Below are positions 1 through 13,342 of a stretch of 64,000 nt of DNA, piece after piece; position 1 is the first letter of the stretch, and each line of letters begins with the position of its first letter. The stretch covers positions 39,248,001 through 39,312,000 of the forward strand of contig NC_058368.1 in NCBI RefSeq assembly GCF_018350175.1, written 5' to 3'. A model generated the notes under the pieces. It was not told the DNA's origin, did no database searches, and saw nothing but the letters and a program-made list of their open reading frames with translations. The DNA comes from Felis catus. Taxonomy: Eukaryota. The position numbers and the translations under genes are program-made.

Positions 1-1848
1 ATCAGCTTTCCCATCAATTCTGAAGCTATTTGTAGTCAAAAGTAATGAGTGTCTCAGCTGCTACTTCTTAGGGTTCAAAGTAATATATTAAAAAATCAAA
101 GTAAAAGTGCAATGAATAAAAACTCCATTGAACTTCAGATAGCAATATTGCCAAGGCAATTACATCAAATAACAATTACCTTTTTGATGTTATTAGCAAT
201 TGTCAATTTAATTTCTTTAAAGGTTGCCACATGTTGTTCAATAATGGATATTAATATACAGGTCAAAGACAAACATTTATCATAGAATACAGATTTATTT
301 GTTAGAAAATGTGAAACAGAGAATATTTTAAAACTTGTTCTATAGATGAATGCAATATTCATGGCACAGAGTCTATTAAAGGAAGTAGGTCACAATTTAT
401 TCTAGTCATTTATTTTAGCTTTATAAAAAAATAGAGTATCATTCAGAAATAAGGAACCGATTATTAGCCTTCAATATGATAATAGGTTCCCCAGTTAAAA
501 GCACAATTCCTATGAAAGATAGGGAGACAGTTGTAATAATATCACAAAGATGCAGAAATTAGCTCCATTAACAAGTGATATGGAGCATAGGATTTCAAAA
601 AATTTCTCTGTAATTTAGTCATATTTGTAAAATGTTTAGAAATTACTTTACCACTTAACCCCCCAAATATGATTGAGGCACAAGTTTATTTAAATACGTA
701 TTTCCTTATTGGTCAAAGACATCAAGGGGTGTAAAGAAAATCTGATAATGACAGTAGAATTTTGTTCTATTACTATCTGGTTTAGTCCCAATGGAAACAT
801 GCATATCAAGACTCTGTCATGATTATCTAAATTCTTTTTCAGCTAATTTTCAGGGCCAGAATTTGTTGATGTTAACATGAAATTGTTCAAACTGCACAGA
901 TCAATAAATCAAAGACAAAGATCTTCCTATTATAATCATTCTGGACTGAGGGTGAATATGTTGCCTTTACTTACTAAATTACACATATTTTATGTTGTTA
1001 GCTTATAGTTGCATTAGAGACTACTTAGAAAATTCTGCTAAATGGATGAGTATATATCTATATAATATATAGATATAAAATTATATGTAATATATACTTA
1101 TAAAATCTACAAGATTAATATAAATTATATTTTAATATATAATACATAAATACAGATGATTATTCATGCCATATCCCTTTTAAATATGGTCAAACCATCT
1201 AAAAATGCCAAACAAACGTGATTTACCATTCCACCAAAAAGAACGCATGCATTTTAAAGTGGGCCAAATAAAGTTTCTAAAGTGTCCTTTACATTTATAG
1301 ATAAATTTAGAAAACACTTAAACTTCAATTTTAACTAATATAGAGCTCTTTATATAAATAAATACTAAAACATGTTAAATATATAATTTTTCATGTGATA
1401 CTGATATTCTTATTCGTTGAACTAAATTACAGAAATACCTGTTAAATTCAAATATACAGTTTATGATATAATTAGTGAGACAACAAAAATTATATTATTA
1501 TAAAATAGAATTTGAGGCCAACATGATTAATGAAATGAGTGTAATTTGAATTGTCAGTGTTAATCTTATTATTAAAGTTTTGCTTGTAATCTATAGTAAT
1601 TTCCAGAAATTCATATTTCAGGATATCTTCATGTTTTAATAAAAGTTATAAACACTAGGGAACTGTAAACTGTGACCTAGTTAATCCAGTTAACTTATTT
1701 AAGACATGTAAGTGGATAGCTAAGGCAACAAGACCTGACCCTTATGCTATGTTTGATAGAATGCTAGAAAATATAAGCTAAAAGTGTCAACATTGCATGG
1801 GTTTCATTAACCTAAAGATACAAATTAGGTCAAATTTATACTAATATT

Positions 1849-2560
1849 CTTGCCTTTCAATGCTGCGGCCACAGCCATGAGTATGCTTGGGCTTCAGAAG
1901 AGGCTTGCCTCCAGTGTCCTCTGCTGTGGCTAAAAGAAGGTCTGGTTCAACCCCAATGAGACCAATGAAATCATCAATGCCAACTCCCATCAGCAGATCT
2001 GGAAACTGATTAAAGATGGGCTGATCACTGTGAAGCCTGTGCCCGTCCATTCCCAGGCTTGGTACCAGAAAAACACTTTGGCCAGCAGGAAGGGCAAGCA
2101 TAATGGCATTGGTAAGAGAAAACATACTGCCAGTGTTCAAATGCTTGAGAAGTTAAGCTGGATGAGGAGGACGAGAATTCTGTACTGGCTGCTCAGAAGA
2201 TACTGCGAATCTAAGATTGACCACACGTGTATCACAGCCTGTACTGGAAGGTGAAAGGTGATGTGTTCAAAAACAAGCAGATGCTCATGGAACACATCCA
2301 CAAGTTGAAGGCAGACAAGGTTCACAAGAAGCTTCTGGCTGACAGGCTGAGGCCCTCAGATCTATGACCAAGGAATATCACAGCACACAAGTGCTGTGAA
2401 GAGCAGCTCCAGGCCAAGAAGGAGGAAATCATCAAGACTCTGTCCAAGGAGAAAGAGACCAAGAGATAAAACTTTGTGTCTGTACATAGTGGCCTTAGCA
2501 ATAACACAGATCTGTTATTCAATAAAACAAATCTTTATCTTCCAAAATAATAATAATAAC
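1849..2560 (+). pseudogene. RPL19: Processed pseudogene of 60S ribosomal protein L19, full length (5' TOP-like leader to poly(A) remnant)
   Basis: Pyrimidine leader and ...gctgcggccacagccATG (ATG at 1877) read MSMLGLQKRLASSVL, then a premature TAA. Further RPL19 peptides follow ([32 protein letters not shown]). Stop at 2467-2469, AATAAA at 2521, degenerate A-tail, no introns, frameshifts. Confidence 0.96.
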
Positions 2561-2735
2561 AATACCCTTAAGTTATAGTCACTCGCCATTTGTTATATTA
2601 GTGCAAAATCTATTGGGCTTTAACAGGGGATGATCTAGAAAATTCCAGGACCCAAATACATTTCCTAGAATCTCTTGTGGTCATTATTACTACTTGAATA
2701 TATTCAGACTACCCCTTAAGAAAGACACACAAAAA

Positions 2736-2958
2736 GGGGCACCTGGGTGGCTCAGTCAGTTCAGTGTCCGACTTCAGCTCAGGTCATGATCTCACGGTCT
2801 GTGAGTGCGAGCCCTGTGTCGGGCTCTGTGCTGACAGCTCAGAGCCTGGACCCTGCTTCAGGTTCTGTGTCTCCATCTCTCTCTCTGCCCCTCCCCACCT
2901 CAAGCTCTGTGTCTCTCTCTGTCTCTGAAAAATGAATAAACCTTAAAAAAAAAAAAAA
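2736..2958 (+). mobile_element. CAN-SINE (SINEC_Fc)
   Basis: ggggcacctgggtggctcagtc head, (CT)n region, A-tail, TSD AAGAAAGACACACAAA on both sides. Confidence 0.95.
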
Positions 2959-3024
2959 GAAAGACACACAAATCATTCCCTCAGTTTCTTGTTGCTCAGA
3001 AGTTTACAATTAAGGATTAGTCTG

Positions 3025-3158
3025 TCTAGACTTCATCTTTCTAGTCCAACATGTGAAAAGTTTGCAAGTCATCAGTTCTGCCTTCACAGCAAGAAAAAAG
3101 CTGAACAATTGAAAGCCAGTGATTTTTCTTAGGTTCATTAGAATATTGTGGTCACAGG
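3025..3158 (+). mobile_element. Old L1 (L1M-type) 5'-end fragment
   Basis: Resembles old L1M 5' ends; similar to the reverse complement of about 45740-45853. Confidence 0.45.
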
Positions 3159-3979
3159 TGTCAAAACAAAAATTCTCCTGAACAGTATTAAACAAGCAAG
3201 GAAGAAGTTCTTCAAGATTATTGAAATAGGGGAGAGAGACTAAATTCAACTCCACTGAAACAAACAAACAAACAAACAAACAAAAAACAGAAGTATTTTT
3301 AAGCACTGGAGTGAGTTGGTGAAAAAGCTGGAGGATGTTAATCAAAAAGTAAATGTACTAGGAGAAGTTAATCAGTAAGATATGGTGGGCACACTAAATT
3401 ATTCTGAGTTTGCTATTATTTTTCTGTGCAATTAGACCATCTGAGTTTGCTGTTTGGCACCCATTGAGTTATACTCTGTATCCTCCTTCAGAAACTGAGA
3501 GACAGGGGTCTAACCTCTTTTGATAATTATATTTCAAAGAGATGTTTCCTGGGTCTTTAAGAAGGACATTACTAGGTTGTAAAATTGGCAAGAGTTTGGA
3601 AGATTTACATTACTTACAAAGGGCAAAACAAGAATTTTCAATTATAAATATTCTAAAAACTGTTTAATGTTTATTTATTTTTGAGAGACAGAGCATGAGC
3701 AGGAGAGGGGCAGAGATAGAGGAACAGAATCTGAAGCAGGCTCTAGGCTCTCAGCTGTCAGCAGAGAGCCTGACACAGGGCTCGAACCCATGAACTGTGA
3801 GATCATGACCTGGGACAAAGTCAAACGCTTAACCAACAGAGCCACCCATGCACCCCTGCAATTGTAAACATTCTAAAGTAAATATTGTAAGGAAAAGGAG
3901 ACCACAGTTCTATAATCAGGAAGAAATCTGTCTATTATTTAGTCATGCTCAGGGGAACATTAAGGCTGTCTTGGTCACA
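3159..3979 (-). mobile_element. ERV1-class solo LTR (MER67-like), interrupted by a SINE
   Basis: TG...CA termini; minus strand begins tgtgaccaagacagccttaatgttcccctgag, resembling the recalled MER67 consensus. Confidence 0.65.
3662..3856 (-). mobile_element. CAN-SINE nested in LTR
   Basis: Reverse SINE with diverged TSD caattataaatattctaaa / caattgtaaacattctaaa. Confidence 0.93.
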
Positions 3980-4080
3980 GGAGAAAGTATCACTGAGAGT
4001 GTAGGAAACCAGAGAATACAAAAAGAGAGAGAGAAAGAGCAAGAGATCAGCTCATCTGAAGCATAAGCTGCTGATAATGC

Positions 4081-4136
4081 TACCTACATAGTAACGACAT
4101 AGTACCTACATAGTAACATAGTACTTACATAGTAAC
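4081..4136. repeat. Short degenerate tandem repeat (tacctacatagtaac-like, about 3 units)
   Basis: Repeated acatagta(a)c units visible directly. Confidence 0.75.
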
Positions 4137-4144
4137 TGATGAAT

Positions 4145-6510
4145 TCCTGGAGGAAGACTATGTGCACTAGAAATCCTAGCTAAGACTATAAGACATGAAA
4201 ATAAAATGAAAGGTATACAAATAAGGGAGAAATTAAACTGTTTTTGTTCACAGAAAACATGATTATTGAGGTAGAAAATCTTAATGAATCAACAAAAAAC
4301 TCTTGAATTAATAATTATATTAAGTTTGCATGATACAATGTTAGTAAGTTAAAGTCAGTTGTTTTTCTATACCAGCAATCAACAATTGGAATTCAAATTA
4401 AAAAATTTAATACAACTTACATTAGCACCAAAACCAAGGAAATAACATAGGTAGAAAGCCAATAAAATATGTACAGAATTTAAATGATGAAAAACAAATA
4501 AAACTATGATGAGGGAAATAAAGAATATAAATAAGAGATTTTCATGGGTAGGTAGTCTAAATATTGTTACAAAGGGGAAAAGATCATCTCTTCAACAAAT
4601 GGTGCTGGGAAAAATAGATATCCCTATGTAAAAGGATGAATTCAGACCCGTAGCTAATACCTTACACAAAAATTAATGCAAATTGACCAAAGATGTAAGA
4701 CCTAAACTTTAATACTCCTATAAGAAAATCTAGGATACAATTTCAGATATTCATATTTGCTGGTGATTTCTATGGATATGACACCAAAAGCATAGGCAAC
4801 ACAATTTTTAAAAAGTGGGTCCACATCAAACTTCAAAAATTTTGTGTACTAAAGGAAACAACAGAATGAAAAGGTAACCTACAAAATGGGAGAAAATAAT
4901 TGCCAATCATATATTTGATAAGGGACTAATATCCAGAATATATAAGGAACATCTACAACTCAATAACAACAACAAATTAACTCACTTAAAAAATGGGCAT
5001 AGGATTTGAATACATATTTCTCCAAAAAAGATACACAAATGAAATTTAAGCATATGAAAAGAGGTTTAACATTATTAATTATTAGGTAAATGTAAATTAA
5101 ACCACAATGAGATATCTCACACCCACCAGGATAGCTGTTATCAAAAGAACTGAAATTAATGTTGGTAAGAATACAGAGATGTTGGAAACCTTGTGAACTG
5201 TTGGGGGCAGGGGGATGCAAAAGGTTATAGCCATTAGGGAAAGCTTCCTTAAAAAGTGAAAAAAAAAAGAATAACTAACTATATGTTCCAATAATCTTAT
5301 TTCTGGGTATATACCCAAAAGAATTCGAAGCAGGATCTTGAAGAGTATCTGTATACTTTGTTCATTGTAGCATTATCCACAATGTCTAAGAGGTGTAACC
5401 AACCCAAATGTTCATAAACAGATGAATGGATAAAAAAATATAGTGTACACATACAGTGGAATTTTATGCAGCCTTAAAAAGGAAGGAAATTCTCTCACAT
5501 GCTACAACTTGGATGATCCTCAGGATAGAATGTTAAGCAAAATAAGTCACCAGATAACCATATGATTTCTCTCACATGAAATGTCTCAAATAGAAAAAAA
5601 AATTCATGGAAACAGTAAGTAGAAGGTTGGTTGCCAAGGGTGGAGGGTACAGAAAAGGGTAGTTAGTATTTTGGGTTTATAGAATTTCAGTGTTGTAAGT
5701 GAAAAGGTTCTGTAAATCTGTTGCACAAAAATGTGACTATACTTCACACTATACTTAATATTATGTACTGAACTATACATTTAAAACCAGGTTAGATGAT
5801 AAATATCATGTGTTCTTTTCCACAATTTTTTAAAAGATTGGCAAAGACTTTGGGTAAACATTCATCAAAATAAGATGTGCAGATGGTCAATAAGCACATC
5901 CAAAAAATGCTCAACATCACTAATCATTAGGGAAATGCAAATCAAAGCCACAATTTCACACCACTTTATAATCATTAGGATGGCTACTATTAAAAAAGGT
6001 AATGAATGTGATGAAGATGTAGAAAATTGAAGCCCTCATTCACTGTTATTAGGGGACTATAAAATGGCACAAATTGTGGAAAATGGTATGATGGTTCTCA
6101 AAACATTAAAAATATAATTAATCATATGATCCATCAATTCTTCTTTTGGGCATATGCCCCAAAATTGAAAACAGGGACTCACACAGATAGTTTTATAACT
6201 ATATTCATAACAACATTGTTCACAAGAGTCAAAAGGTGGAAAGAAAGCAACCCAAGTGTCCATTGAATGTTAATGAATAAACAAATGTGGTATGTACTTA
6301 CAGTGGAATATTATTTAGTCTTAAAAATGAAGAAAATTCTGACACATGCTACAATATGGATAAACCTTGAAGACTTAAAATAAGTGAAATAAGTCAGCCA
6401 CAAAAAGATAAATACTCTATGATTTCCCTTGTAGAGGATCCTTAGAGTGGTCAAACTCATAGAGACAATAAGTAGAATAGAATTACTATGGGCTAAAGAG
6501 AGATGTTGAA
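4145..6510 (+). mobile_element. Old L1 (L1MA/MB-type) ORF2 and 3'UTR fragments, at least two elements
   Basis: Degenerate ORF2 C-terminal sequence (ttcaacaaatggtgctggg; aatgcaaatcaaagccacaat). Two successive 3' ends, near 5830 and 6510. Confidence 0.85.
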
Positions 6511-6583
6511 TAAATGTTTTCTACTCTATGTGCTTCAGGATATTTGATAGTGAGGTATACCTTCAGTCAGTATTTAGAAACTA

Positions 6584-6584
6584 A

Positions 6585-6631
<47 letters not shown>

Positions 6632-6723
6632 TTTTCTTTCTTTCTTTTTCTTTCTTTCTTTCTTTCTTTCTTTTCTTTCTTTCTTTCTTCTTTCTTTCTT
6701 TCTTTCTTTCTTTTTCTTTCTTT

Positions 6724-6775
<52 letters not shown>

Positions 6776-6780
6776 TTCTT
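6584..6780. repeat. (TTTC)n microsatellite
   Basis: Direct observation. Confidence 0.98.
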
Positions 6781-7140
6781 TCCCCTTTAGTTTTGATGAC
6801 ATTTCTCTGCACCTCTGAGATAGAACCAATAGTCCCCAATCAGGGCAGAGGAACTTGATATTTGGAGGTTAGGGTCCTTTTTGCCCACTCTGGCTGCCAC
6901 AAGTTATGTGTCCAAGCTGCTTCTAGAACACTTGTTGAGTTGCTACTGTGGCCAGAGGGGTAGAGGAGGGGTAGGTGCTACTGTGCTAAGATCCGAAATG
7001 GAAATTAACTTCAGTTTACCATTCAGGCCTTCCCTTAGAAGTTTTAAGCCTTCAGTAGACTCCAGGTACAAAATAATTACATCAGGCAGATTCTGCCATT
7101 GCAGTGTTGTATTGGTAGGGAGACACATCCTACTCTACCA
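6781..7140 (-). mobile_element. Old L1M 5'-region fragment
   Basis: Weak resemblance to the reverse strand of old L1 5'UTR sequence. Confidence 0.35.
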
Positions 7141-7287
7141 TTTTCACAGATGAGATCTTTATATACACATAGGTATATGTGTGTTCATGTATCCATATAT
7201 GTATCCATATGTAACAGGTACATATATGTATGTGTGTATGCAGAAAGATCTTTGTATGTATGTGAGTAGGTATATATGATGTATACA

Positions 7288-7349
7288 TTTTATGTTTGTA
7301 TATATAAATGATGATATCTTTTATGTTTGTATATATAAATGATGATATC
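7288..7349. repeat. 31-bp tandem duplication
   Basis: ttttatgtttgtatatataaatgatgatatc x2. Confidence 0.9.
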
Positions 7350-7456
7350 TTTACAACTTTAAAGGTAATTTAGAGAGTCAGGGGAAATTTGGAGGAATAT
7401 AATATAGATAGTTCCTAAAAATTCTTGAAATGTAACTTAGTCAGCAAGTACATCCT

Positions 7457-7617
7457 GGGGGTACCTGGGTGGCTCAATTGGTTGAGAGTCCAATTCTTGA
7501 TTTTGGTTCAGGTTATGATCCCAGAATCGTAGAACTGATCCCCGCATCAGACTCCATGTGCACATGGAGTCTGCTTGGGATTCTGTCTCTCCCTCTGCCA
7601 CTCTCCCTCATTTGCTC

Positions 7618-7669
<52 letters not shown>

Positions 7670-7685
7670 AAATTAAAAAAAAAAA
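7457..7685 (+). mobile_element. CAN-SINE (older subfamily)
   Basis: SINE head, long (CT)n, A-tail. Confidence 0.93.
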
Positions 7686-8346
7686 GAAACTGCATTCTGT
7701 ATGTAGCATACATATTTCCTAGCATCTAGAAGAAATTAGATAATTTGGCAATATGTTGATGAATTTAGGTCATTAAAATCCAGGATTATTATTTATTAAA
7801 TATCTGAATTTGTATTTGAATGTATGTGTAACCCTCTGATTATGTCATATTATGATTAAGATGGTCAAAGAAGAGGCACCTAACTACAAGTAGAGATCAT
7901 TTTATGATGCATTTTTATTTTTGTCCTTGGGGGAGTCTGATGATAAGATTCTACATATTGAATTTCCAGATTCCATATAAATTTCCTTATTATTGCTGGA
8001 TAACTTTGGTTTGTTGCTTTGCTTCTGTTTTTGAGTATTTATTTTATGCTAACATTTTTACTGCCTATTGAATGACTATTAACACACAGGTCAGTTAAAA
8101 GTGTCCATAGAGCACAGAATATTCTGCTAGAAAATATTTTGGAGATGTGCCTACTCACTATTTACATTGGCACTTGCAGTCTGCGGTATAATCAGAATGA
8201 GTTAGTGTAATGTTGTACTAAGTAAGCAGGTGGCTTAATTTTGCAGGAATTAAGCAGTCAGTAAAATAGGGAATTAGAATTTCGTCCATAAACACAGGAG
8301 TTGCTTTAGTTTCACAACATTGCCAAACTTGGAAAGGACATTAGGA

Positions 8347-8348
<2 letters not shown>

Positions 8349-8388
<40 letters not shown>
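8349..8388. repeat. (TG)n microsatellite
   Basis: Direct observation. Confidence 0.97.
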
Positions 8389-8391
<3 letters not shown>

Positions 8392-8547
8392 ACATAAATG
8401 AAAGGTAATATAATATGAACTTGTTAGAAAATTGCTCAGTATTGCAAAACAGATCACATCTTGGTGATTGAAAGAAATGCTAATATTATGGAATTTATTT
8501 CTTCCAACATATGGAACATACTGGAAATACAGATTCAAAAATGTTTT

Positions 8548-8767
8548 TTTTTTAATTTTTTTTTTCAACGTTTATTTATTTTTGGGACAGAGAGAGACAG
8601 AGCATGAACGGGGGAGGGGCAGAGAGAGAGGGAGACACAGAATCGAAAACAGGCTCCAGGCTCTGAGCCATCAGCCCAGAGCCTGACGCGGGGCTCGAAC
8701 TCACGGACCGCGAGATCGTGACCTGGCTGAAGTCGGACGCTTAACCGACTGCGCCACCCAGGCGCCC
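8548..8767 (-). mobile_element. Very young CAN-SINE (SINEC_Fc)
   Basis: CpGs retained (cggaccgcgagatcgtg, gactgcgccacccaggcgcc); perfect TSD AGATTCAAAAATGTTTT. Confidence 0.97.
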
Positions 8768-9364
8768 TAGATTCAAAAATGTTTTAAGCACATTAATATA
8801 TTTATAATTTTATATCTAATAGGGTATATAGTAAAGGTATATCCCAACAGGTTGACTTTACCATCAAATTAAAAAAATATTAAAATGATGCTTATATGCA
8901 TAATGAAATATATACTTTGTATGCCTCATTTATTTTTTTACTATGTCTTTATAAAATACTAAGTCTTAATTTAGTATGGGGAAACTACAAGTATTTAATT
9001 GAAGTAATGTGGCCAAAATCAAACACCTAATAAATTGTCAAGTTAGGATTTCAAGCCAGCCTTTCTAATATCAAGGTTCTGTGCTTGACAAGTTGTTAAT
9101 GTTCCCATTTACTTAAGGAAAGTAAATCATGGGGGTAGATGAGTGTTTAAGAGGGCAGTGCTTACGTCTGTCTTGACCTGGAAGAATTTGCTGAATTAAC
9201 ATTTACACTCAGAAAAAATGAACATTATATTTCTAAGCTGAGATGGGGAGAGAACAGTAGAGAGTATCATGAACAGAGAAATTATTATGAACAAAGATAT
9301 GCAGATTCATAGTTTTTTAGGAGATGTGCACATAGTCCAAACATATTTTGAAAGGTAATTTAGA

Positions 9365-9928
9365 ATCTACCCTATGACCCAGCACTAGCACTGCTAGGAA
9401 TTTACCCAAGGGATACAGGAGTACTGATGCATAGGGGGACTTGTACCCCAATGTTTATAGCAGCACTCTCAACAATAGCCAAATTATGGAAAGAGCCTAA
9501 ATGTCCATCAACTGATGAATGGATAAAAAAATTGTGGTTTATATACACAATGGAGTACTACGTGGCAATGAGAAAGAATGAAATATGGTCCTTTGTAGCA
9601 ACGTGGATGGAACTGGAGAGTGTGATACTAAGTGAAATAAGCCATACAGAGAAAGACAGATACCATATGGTTTCACTCTTATGTGGATCCTGAGACACTT
9701 AACAGAAACCCATGGGGGAGGAGAAGGAAAAAAAAAAAGAGGTTAGACTGGAACACAGCCAAAGCATAAGAGACTCTTAAAAACTGAGAACAAACTGAGG
9801 GTTGATGGGGGGTGGGAGGGAGGAGAGGGTGGGTGATGGGTATTGAGGAGGGCACCTTTTGGGATGAGCACTGGGTGTTGTATGGAAACCAATTTGACAA
9901 TAAACTTCATATATTGAAAAAAAAAAAA
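9365..9928 (+). mobile_element. 5'-truncated young felid L1 (ORF2 C-terminus, 3'UTR, polyA)
   Basis: Translates [20 protein letters not shown]...LLCGS; perfect 15-bp TSD GAAAGGTAATTTAGA at 9350 and 9929. Confidence 0.97.
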
Positions 9929-10434
9929 GAAAGGTAATTTAGAGTCAGATTGTTAAAAGCTTTCATTGAGCTTATAGGATGAAACTTAAATTGTATCATA
10001 TAGGAAATAACAAGGGATTTAGGAAATGAAAAAAGGCTCCTAATCATATTTCATAACCTTGTAATCTATTCTGTTTGAAATATATTAAAATGTTATATAT
10101 ACACAATATCAATACATTTATGTATATAACCATCATATATATGTTGATTTGTTTACCCCACAAGATTTCATTTATATTAGATTCAAGCAGTTGCATGACT
10201 TTAGATGATGAGTTCCTACGGGAAGTGTTAAGAGACTTTGTGTCAATCAAGTCCATTCATATAAATATGTTTTTTTCTCTTCCACATCTTCGGATACATA
10301 AGAGACCCATGTATCCTGTGGTTTAATAGCACAATGATTCAAATTGTTCTTTTAATTGTGAGTCTCAATCATTTTCATGATTTATTGTTTTCTAGAAGAA
10401 CTAGAATGAGAATCCAACAAGTTAAAAACATCAA

Positions 10435-10580
10435 AGTCTTTTGAGTCTGACAGAACTTTTTATGAGTCCTGCCTAAGCCCACTCTTTGAATAGGATAGTT
10501 AACTCCCCAAAATATCCATTTTTAATCTATCAAATTGTGGGAACTTACTTCTAATACATGATGTTGCTATGAGAACAAAG
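10435..10580 (+). mobile_element. MIR fragment
   Basis: Degenerate MIR core (tttgagtctgacaga...tctatcaaattgtggg). Confidence 0.45.
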
Positions 10581-13133
10581 AAAGGTGGAGAACACACCAT
10601 AGTGTGATCAAGGATTATTAGTTTTTGTCTTTCCACCATGCCTACTCTTGGTCATTACTTTGAACTAGGATCAACAATCTTTGAGTTTGGCTGGAACATG
10701 CATGCGGCAGTTTAATCTAGGTTTGATCTAGAGAGGCAAGGCCATACATGAGGTTTTGTTAGATGAGGGTCATGAACAGAATTTGAATCATTATTTTAAG
10801 CCTCTCCCATCGTTAGCAATATAGTTAAGGGTTTTCAGAAGGCAAAGTGATCTTCAAGGTATTGTTTGATAGTAGAATCAAAATGTTTTGGTGTTATTCT
10901 CAATTTCTCCTTCCTTTCAGGTAGCTCTAAAATAGCTCTAAGAAGGAATAAGGCTTTAGCTTCCCAAATTGTACTGAATACTGAAATCATGTAATGAGCT
11001 TCTAAAACTCTGGATGACAGGGTCATAGCCCATATCAATTAAATCTTTATGCCTGTAGGTAAGAGCCAAGAATAAATATAAATGTTTTTAAAGACCCCTC
11101 TCTCCCTCTTCCTCCTGATGATTTGACTGTGCATCAAAGTTTAAGATTCACTGGCTTTGGGAAATATTCTCTTTCAATTTGAGGTTCAAACTAAGATTTT
11201 TATGTAGGCCAAAAACCAGATTAAATTAAATATAGTCAGTCAAGCAATAAAATAAAAATGATCTAAAGTTATTTACTTTCCATTATCAGCTGTTGATAAA
11301 GATTATAAATTGTCTTCAAATATTGTCAAGTGTTATTGTTTATTGTCTAATGTGTGAAATAACATAAAGTTTACATTACTGTACTTGTATATTGTAAACA
11401 CAAATTTTTAGCTTTCAGGGTTTGGATTCAAATGGGGACAGGGCATACATAAGTGGCAAAAATGTAATGTTGGGCAGACTATCTAAATGCAGATATCTAA
11501 GGATGGTCTCGCTGTCAGTTTTCTCATTGAAAATGCAATGTTTCCTGGGTTTTATTCTTCCATCAAATCCAAAAGAAGGCGTGATGACATATAATCATCA
11601 CCGTTTAGCTAAAATGGCTTTTAACTGTTTTCAGCAGGACTTTCTATTAGAACTTGTGTAATAAACTCCATTATCAAGTAGATATTACCAGAAATCGTTA
11701 TCACTAACTCAAGTTGTATTATTTTGTGAATTCTTCTAATATGTCTCATTTTATGATACTTGATTCCACCTAAATTTGTTATTTTCTTCTCTTGATTGTT
11801 TCTCTAACACTACCATCACTTAGTTGTCAACTGTAACAGCCTTGTTTATTACATGTACTATTACAATTTTTCATTATTTAGGCAGAATTTACTATTGCTG
11901 AAGAATTAGAAGGTTTACCCTTATCTCTAAGTTTTATACATACATATATATGTATGTATGTATGCTTCTTTGGTATGTCACACGAATTCTCTTCACTCAA
12001 TGAGCTGTTGACAAGATGTAGACATTGTGTCAGGAAATAGATCTATCACACAAAATAACCCAATTGCCTGCTTAATGGTAAACACACTGAAAAGAAAATA
12101 GTGAAAGCATAGCTCAAGTAATCATATCCAATCATGATCATTATGTTGGATGCCTTTTTATAAGAGTGCTAGGTGGTATTTTTCTCCCTTTTTTTCTTTT
12201 TAATATATGTCAATACACATATGCTGTTAGAAAAAAATTACCATATATCTCATTCTAGCAATATGTACTTATTAATTATTTGCAATAAGGACCAAGAATC
12301 ATAACATGATGACATAATAACCTAAACATATTCTATATTTTATTTTATGTAACTTATATTGTATAAGAATCTAAGTCCAGTCACAATGTTGCCATCAAAC
12401 ACTACTGACAAAATATAAGCTCATAATACAGCTTGTATAAATAATTAAAATTTACTACCAAGTTAATTTTAAAAAGCACTTGCACAGTCAGATCATGCTG
12501 GTTTTATGAACTGTTTATGCAGCAGTGGGGTAACTTTACGAAATCTATGTACATTCTGAATAAAAAGCATTAAGTATTCATGAGGTTATTGTGTGATGTG
12601 TCTGGCAATACAGTGTGCATACATTATATGGATATATAAATTGAACTCAGTGTTTTAAATATAAAACAAATAATGCTTACTATTTACAAAAGGACGCTTC
12701 ATGCAAATTCCAGAAAATTTAAGTTTTTAAAAGTAACCAGATACAGTTATAAAATCGATGGCATATACTACACAATAATTTTAGGAAGTTACTAACTTCC
12801 CATTTTTTTACAAGAAGAAATCCTTCAATTTAATTTATTCACATTGTTTTGGTGCTCAATGTAATCCAGTAACTGCCTGAAAAATATGCATGTATTTCTT
12901 AACTGATTGTTGGTGCATAGCCAAAAGTGTATATTCACACAAAACAAATTCCTACATTTTAAAATCATGTCTTAACAAAATCATGTCCTACACATTATCC
13001 ATAAATAACACTTTTGGAAAATTCAGACTTCATCTTTTCTTTTTAAAGTTGATCCATACTTCTTTCTGTATTTTCAGACATTATTATTATTATTATTATT
13101 TGGTATTTATTGTCTGTACAGAAGCACTGAGAT

Positions 13134-13342
13134 TTTTTTTTAAATATTTATTTATTTGTAAGAGCAAGAGAGAGAGCACGAGTGGGAGAGGGGCAGCGAG
13201 CTAGCTAGCTAGCGAATCAGGAGCAGGCTCAGCACTGTCACTGTCAGCACAGAGACTGATGTGGGGCTCCAACCAATGAATCGTGAGATCATGACCTGAA
13301 CTGAAGTCAGAAACTCAACCAAGTGAGCCACCCAGGTGCCCC
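13134..13342 (-). mobile_element. CAN-SINE
   Basis: Reverse SINE; TSD cactgagattttt. Confidence 0.93.

Noticed and set aside
1841..2325. Minus-strand ORFs of 99 and 62 aa
   Set aside because: Antisense shadows of the RPL19 pseudogene
2736..2820. tRNA-like A/B box sequences in SINE heads
   Set aside because: Parts of tRNA-derived CAN-SINEs, not tRNA genes
4081..4136. Repeat-spacer-like pattern
   Set aside because: Simple slippage repeat in a mammalian genome; no unique spacers, not CRISPR
6514..6858. K/E/R-rich and F/L/S-rich ORFs
   Set aside because: Translations of the (TTTC)n microsatellite
7361..7375. AAAGGTAATTTAGAG matching the L1 TSD region at 9351 and 9930
   Set aside because: No shared flanking similarity and no coherent element between them; plausible chance match in AT-rich DNA
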